Below the pieces are notes generated by a model that saw nothing but the letters and a program-made list of their open reading frames with translations, was not told the origin of the DNA and ran no database searches. The position numbers and the translations under genes are program-made. DNA of 64,000 bases from the human T2T-CHM13v2.0 reference genome, Homo sapiens. The stretch lies in assembly GCF_009914755.1 (NCBI RefSeq), contig NC_060928.1. One strand, written 5' to 3'. Below, in pieces: positions 57,063 through 64,000 of this stretch (position 1 is the stretch's first letter; every line of letters begins with the position of its first letter).

Positions 57063-57199
57063 TATGTGAATTAGGATATATATGTGTTCTTCTCTCTTAC
57101 ATTAATCTACGCCCATCAAGCAGCTATCAACAAATGTAGCCATGGAAGATAAATATGTTTGCACATTTAAAAACTTACATTAAAATGAATCACAGCACT

Positions 57200-57728
57200 A
57201 ACGAGAAAAGAGATACCAAGCCATTAAAATACATTGAGGGAAATATATTTTAATGTCATATTACTAAGCAAAAGAAGTTACTCTATGAAGGCTGTATACT
57301 GTATTATTCCAACTGTATGGCATTCTGGAAAAGGTAAAACTATGGAGGCATGAAAAGATCAATGGTTGCCAGGGTTTGGGTGGGGAGAAGAATGAGGCAG
57401 AGCCCAGAGGATTTGGGGAACAGGGAAACTATTTAGTGCCATACTATAATGGTGGATACATGCCATTATACTTTTGTCCAAACCAGTAGAATGAACAATA
57501 TCAACAGTGAACCATAATGTAAACTATAGATTTTGGAGGCTAATGATATGTCCAGAAGGTTTAGCAATTGTAACAAAGTGTGATCACTCTGGTAGGGATG
57601 TTGATCATGGGAGACTTGAGTACTGGAGGCAGAGAGTATGTGGGAAAACTCTGTACCTTCTGCTTGCTCGATATTGCTAGGAACCTAAAACTGTTCTAAA
57701 AAAAAGAAAAGTCTATTATATTAAAAAA
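57200..57728 (+). mobile_element. L1MC-type 3' fragment
   Basis: ttccaactgtatggcattctggaaaaggtaaaactatggag..tggttgccaggg..ccattatacttttgtccaaacc..aacctaaaactgttctaaaa. Confidence 0.85.
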
Positions 57729-58505
57729 TAAATCACAGAAAAATTTTATAACATAGCTAATATTATATAGTTTGAATTTACATCTCTAATTATAATGAAC
57801 TACACACAGTAGAAGATTTTAAATAATGCTTACACTCTATGCAATGGAAACCAATGTAAAAATTATACTCTGTATGTTCACAAATATCCCTTATAATGAT
57901 AATCTACAAAATAAACAATTTTAAAAAACTGTACAAACTGCCTATTTTCTTAGGTGTCCACTAATTGATTAGGCTTATGACCCACTGTGAAACTATTTTT
58001 TGCATTAGCCAATATAATAGACAATAATGTATAACAAGAAAATAAAAAAGATGTGATTTGAGCCATCAAAAGGTAAAAATTAGAAACATTTTAAATTTTA
58101 TATATTCTTTTAATAACTTAGCTTGCGATTTTTACATCCTTTTAGAAACATACCAATAAATATACGTTTACTATAATTCAGTCAAGTCTGCACATGAGAT
58201 TAAAATGAATATCTGGCAATCTGAGACTTATGTGTAAAACTATGCATGGAATTGAGTTGATATTTTAGACATTGCATTAAAATATGTCAATTGAGATCAA
58301 AATAAGAAGCAAAAAATTGTACAGATGAAAGGCACCAGAAGATTTCTCATTTCATTTTATATTAAGTGACTCTACATAATATATGCATCTAAAATAATGG
58401 GATTCCTTCAGTATTTATTTTATGATTTGAAAATGTCAGTTTTAAAAGGATAATAATTTCATTAAATATAGAGAGATAAGTTTTCAAAGGATAATCATTC
58501 TACAT

Positions 58506-58524
58506 ACACACACACACACACACA
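58506..58524. repeat. (AC)~9 microsatellite
   Basis: Direct reading. Confidence 0.9.
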
Positions 58525-59540
58525 TCAAAATTCTTTAGAGACAAATAATCCTGCATTGCCTACTATTTTGCACTAATGTTCTCTCACCCATAACAGAAAA
58601 AAAAGCTATAGCCCAAATGAAAAGTGTAGAAATGAAACTCAAGGAAATGCACAAGATGTTCTTATCTAATTGCATCTTAGCTCAAACTACCAGAACATTT
58701 TTAAGAGAACAAGATTCCCTTTAGAATAATCCTGTGTACAGAAAGACAATCTCTATATTACATGTGTTTTAAGTTAGAAAAAAAGAAAGTTGCTTCAAAC
58801 ATCTAAGACATAAAATTCTGCTTCCCTGTTCCTTCTTTTGAATAAAAGAAAAAGAATGATTTTCTAATGTGGCCCAATACTAATATTTAACAAATAATTC
58901 ATTTTATCGATGCTCTGTACTCCTCATTTGCACCTTAATATGGCCCAAAGTTATGTAAGTTTTGAATATTATAGAAGAAAATATTACTATTGGTAACCAT
59001 TGTAATGTATTTTGTATATTTAATTTCATTATTTATTGCACTTATTACCTGCAGGTGAGTCCATTCATAAATATAAGAGAGGAAAGAAAGGTGGAAGGAA
59101 AGAAGGAAGAAAAGAAAAAGGAGGCAACATGGAGAGGAAACGTGGCTTTAATTTAACAAATTATTCCTTTAACACCTTTATGCCATACCATGGTAGCCTG
59201 TAACCACTGGAAGATGAAAATGCATAAACATAGTCTCTGCTCTCATGTAATTTACATTCTATAGAGAGTCATGGTAGCAACATAATGTAGCTACGTATTA
59301 ATACAAAATGTTAAACCTTCCTTAGTTTGACATGATCAGGGTCAGAATGCATGCCATGAGAGCTGTGGCTTAGGTAAGATGTTTCATGCAGAAGTACTAA
59401 CAAAAAGATGGAGATGCAAGGAAGTATAAAGAAATCTAGAAACTACAGGCACTATCAGATCAGAAACTCTGTATTATCAGGTCATAATGTTTATTACCTA
59501 TGTAATAGGTAAATGTATACCTATGTGTATCCAGGTCATA

Positions 59541-59544
<4 letters not shown>

Positions 59545-59598
<54 letters not shown>
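59545..59598. repeat. Perfect (TG)27 microsatellite
   Basis: Direct reading. Confidence 0.97.
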
Positions 59599-59603
<5 letters not shown>

Positions 59604-61959
59604 AGAGGGATCTGGAATGTTGGGAAGGAATGGGGACGGTAGGTAGTACAGCAAAAGGTAAGTTGTCTAAGGTGAAATAGATAGGCAAACTCATAATCAG
59701 AGTTGGTTTTGCAAGATATATATTTCTTATTTATTTCCAGATTCAAAGCAAGCCTAAGTGTTTTAAGGTTGATGTATGCATTCTGGAAAAATCAACAAAT
59801 TAACATATTTTCATGAGTCCTTAATACCTAGAGAGAGTTCAGGTATTAAGTTTTCTTTGAATAATAATAATAATAATAACCCATAATCACCCTATGATGC
59901 AGGTATCATCCTTTACCTCAATTTACAGATGAGAAGAGGTTAATTTTATTATGCTTCAATTTTCTAATATTTAATTTTATTATTTAATTTCCAAGTGCAA
60001 GTAGCAATCTGCTACGGAAAATAATTTAGGAATCCTAACCTAAATTATTATTGCTTATTGATTTACTCAGCAGATACTTACAGTCGTCTTATATTGCAGC
60101 TCTAGGCAAAAGCTAAAGTGCTCCCTGTATGCCTGGAGCTTAGAGTCTGACTCTGGGGCTTTGTACTCAATACAGTTCTATATAATTTTTATAAATAGGA
60201 GAGCAGTTTTACAATCACTGGAAAGATCTCAGTTTTTCTAAATTTATTCTATTTAGATGTTTACATTTTATTCTTTGCATCTCCAAATGGCATTTGGGCA
60301 AATGAAAAAAAAAAAGTCTCTAGCATTTATAAAGGTATATGCACAGAAATCTTAGATTCATATTCAAAGATACTGTCAAATATAAGAAAACAAAACATTG
60401 AAACATCTGTGAATATCTGAAGTACATTTTTAAAACACAGAACTAAACCTTATTTCTTTCCTCTTCAAAATGTGCTAGTCTTCAAAACTTTCAAAACTAT
60501 TAATGACTTTTCAAAGCTTCCCACAAAATTGTTTTGTCAGTATCCATTCATGAGGAACAACCTATATCCCTTGATAGAATCTAATTTATGCTCCTTGCTG
60601 TGTTTTCTTTGAACATTTCTGGGTTTAATTATCTGGAATAAACTGTTCCTCTTGACAAGAAATACTGTTTCTTGGTTTAATTCCATGTCTATAGAAATTT
60701 AGAATCAGCATCCAATAGAAATGGGGATAAATCTTTATAGACTAAATACACCAAGAAAATAAATGTTCATGGAACATGGTGAAAAGGGCCATTTCCTTAG
60801 TTTTCATCAGTGATTAGATGCCAAAAACACATAAGAAAGAAAAAAAAATCAAATGTAATGGTCAACTTCTCTGTGAATGTGTGATTAATAATGCCAGTCA
60901 ATTGAATCTTGTAAGCAGTTCAGAATGTTGTTAATTACAGTTCAGGGAAAGCAAATTCGATATCAAACACTTTTAAGAAAAAGTAAATGGGATTTTATGG
61001 TGTTGGCAACTGTAATGTGTTTTGAGCAGTGCTGAGCTACTTCATACATTAGCATAGTTGTTTATGGACTTGGTGATATGATATTTAAAACATACTCTAA
61101 TGTGGGTATTAAATTAGATCAGAAACTGTGCCTACCAGTTTCAGGGTGGGAGGCCATATGTGCTATAAAGATAAAAGGATTTAGACAGTTGAAAAAGCAG
61201 TGAGTAGAGTTTAAAATCCCTACAAAGAGGAAGTTGAGAGAATCTGCTATCTGGGGGGAGGAGGTAATCTCTCACCAAGCAGAGTTCTTGCAAAATGCAT
61301 AGATGGCAAATTTGCCTTTAACAGATGTTCTCCACTCCCACCATTTTCCAAACTTGAGTACTTTTCATGGATTTTGGCCTTAGAACTCTATATGTCCCTA
61401 ATATTCAACTGCTTACTCTCTAAGATAGTTCACCTTGCAGGTGAAGAGACAATTTGCCATCAGTATTGTCTGACTTATGTTCTGTTGCACTAGTGGCTGA
61501 GGAAGTGAGAAGGCATAAGAAGGTCAGTTGATACTAAGGAATGCCACTTGCAAACAAGTTTCCAATTGTCCCAACAATTAGTTATTTTGATTGATTAACT
61601 TTCCTTTTATATTGCAAACATTACCTGAGAACATACAATCAGTCATTCCTAACAAGAAATCACAGCAATCTTGAGCAGTACTGTGCTCTTATTAACGGGA
61701 ATGAGCCTTTCTCTCATCTCCACCCAAAGGAAATAGAAAGGACAAAGAATCATTTAAGATCATATTCCATTTTAGGAAAGCAGAGCTCTAGGAGTGACGT
61801 CTAAACAGAGTGTTTAAAAATCTAGGGGGCACCTTGAGGAATTAGGTTAAGAGTGAGATTTAGAAGAGTAAGTGGAATGACAAAAGCAACAGAGGCCATG
61901 CAATTTTAACTCAGATTTTGATGGTAGTCATACTATCTACCTCTACCTACCCGAGATAG

Positions 61960-62267
<308 letters not shown>

Positions 62268-62399
62268 TGATGATGATATCCTATATTCTTCAAAGAATGC
62301 TTCTTTGAAGCTCACCTGATAAATCCCTGTTTTTGCTCTTATGCTGGCTTTTGAGGCAGCATGGCATAGCAGAAAATCTAGAAATAATACAGACAGGTA

Positions 62400-62590
62400 A
62401 AAGTTCTAGCTCAACAACTAACTGGTGAAGGTCACTGAAAAAATTATATACTTTTAGCTTCAATTTATTCAACTGAAAAACTGTGAATAATATCACCTTT
62501 GCTGGGCTTTGAAGATATTACTACATGGAACACATAAATACACCAAGCACAATTGCTGGCATTTAACACACTTTCAGTAAATAAAGTGTT
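62400..62590 (+). mobile_element. MIR (diverged)
   Basis: ttctagctcaac..gcttcaatttattcaactgaaaaa..agcacaattgctggcatttaac..cagtaaat. Confidence 0.5.
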
Positions 62591-63619
62591 GATGTCTTCT
62601 TTTTTTACTATGAAATAATATTAAAAGGAAAAAAAGTCAGTGGCTCTCCTGTTAACATTGTAGAGAGTCAACTCTCCATTCATATATTCACTCACTCACT
62701 CATGCATATTATGTTCATGTGTAGTTAATATGAAATAAAGACAATACTGACACACAATTTAGATATTTCTGCCACAACCCCACCAAAAAGGAAAAGCAAA
62801 ACCAAGGATGGAAAAATACTTTTACAACAGGATTAAGTTGTCATTAAAATCTCTGTCTGGAGAATTCAAATGGGAACTCTGTGAATGACTAACGATTCAG
62901 TAGCAACATCAGCAGGTGGAAATACCTTGGGAAAGAGAGAGGCAAGGAGGGAGCCAAAAATAGGAGAAAGTCAAGGGATGGCTAAGCAAAATCTACAGCT
63001 AATATGAAATTGTGAAGGAGAAAATATATAGATACAGAATGGATAAGGTAATAGGAGTAGGGAAAGCAGAAGTGAGTCTTATTAAGATACAGGAGGAAAC
63101 CAAAAGAACTGGCCAACTTCTGTCTCATCTCCTGAATGGCATTTCATTCCAGCCTTCCTAATGTCAAGCTGTAGTACAGTTTTGTTCCTCCCATGAATTC
63201 TTCATGCATGTCTCTTATCAACACATGCATCCTCACACTCAATATCCAATACTTAGGGTACCCAAGTGAATCTCTGTTCTGACAAACCCAAATCTCACAA
63301 ATACATCATCTGAGTGATAATTTTCTTTAAATACTTTGGTATGAAGAGTTTGAAGCACATGTGTGCAACTTATGTTTAAAAGGTGCTTAGCACTTGATTA
63401 ATTAGCATTTGAAATCCCCTAGTCAGGAATCAATATTCATGTCATAGAAATCTGCACAAGAAAGGTAGTTAATTATGTAGTATAAGTTAGTCATATGGTT
63501 GGATAGAAAAAGTGTGAGCCTCAAACCCCTTGTGTGATCTGTTTGGTTTTATGCCAAATCTTTTACAGAAGTTGCCCAATATGACCAGAAGATCAGTTGG
63601 TTTTGCCTTTACATGGGAG

Positions 63620-63765
63620 TTTTGTAAACTACTGCTGGCAGGCCAAAACTGGCCATTGTCTGTTTGTAAATAAAGTTGTGTTGTAATTTGTTTACATATT
63701 GTCCGTGACTGCTTTGGGGACTTCAACAACAGAGTTTCATAGTTATGAGGAATATCTGTGGAAAG
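63620..63765. mobile_element. MER58-like fragment
   Basis: aaactac..caggccaaaactggcc..tgtttgtaaataaagtt..tttgtttacatattgtccgtgactgcttt..caacagagtt. Confidence 0.65.
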
Positions 63766-63970
63766 ATACTCAAGGACATACGAGCAGGCAATATGACTGT
63801 TTTATGCTTGTTTACTAAAATGAAGTTGGATGAATTTAGACTAAGATTTTCTTATTCTCATGTCTTGGTGAGGTTGTGGGGTCAGGGACCTACAGCCTTC
63901 CTTGATCTTTGTTCAGTTCTTAGTTGTAACACAAATCTCAAAAGACTGCCATGTTGGAGGTTTTTCTTCC

Positions 63971-64000
63971 AGGAAGGAAGGAAGGAAGGGAGGGAGGGAG
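63971..64000. repeat. (GGAA)n/(GGGA)n purine repeat, runs off the window edge
   Basis: Direct reading. Confidence 0.9.

Overview
AT-rich primate (human or great-ape) genomic DNA, roughly half made of recognisable interspersed repeats (L1, Alu, MIR, L2, MaLR/ERVL LTRs, Tigger/hAT MITEs). The window lies inside SPOCK3 (testican-3) on the minus strand. Only two host exons are visible: a 46-bp coding exon (43734-43779, DDYFRTWSPGKPFDQ) and, 104 nt upstream of it, a 9-nt EVE microexon (43884-43892) with neural-microexon architecture. The most structured objects are: (i) a 5'-complete L1PA3/PA4-type element (36553-41565) with intact ORF1, a ~1.29-kb microhomology-flanked ORF2 deletion and a ~120-bp 3' transduction, all within one 12-bp TSD; (ii) a twin-primed, inverted 3'-UTR-only retrocopy with a 13-bp TSD (32665-33114); (iii) an ERVL/MaLR nest at ~1-5.5 kb carrying a consensus CTCF motif; (iv) a candidate in-frame alternative last exon of SPOCK3 (~46420-46585). 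I found no evidence of a wholly new biological system. Most short ORFs in the track are spurious or repeat-derived. Repeat subfamily names come from recalled consensus sequences, not from a search, and boundaries of old repeats are approximate.
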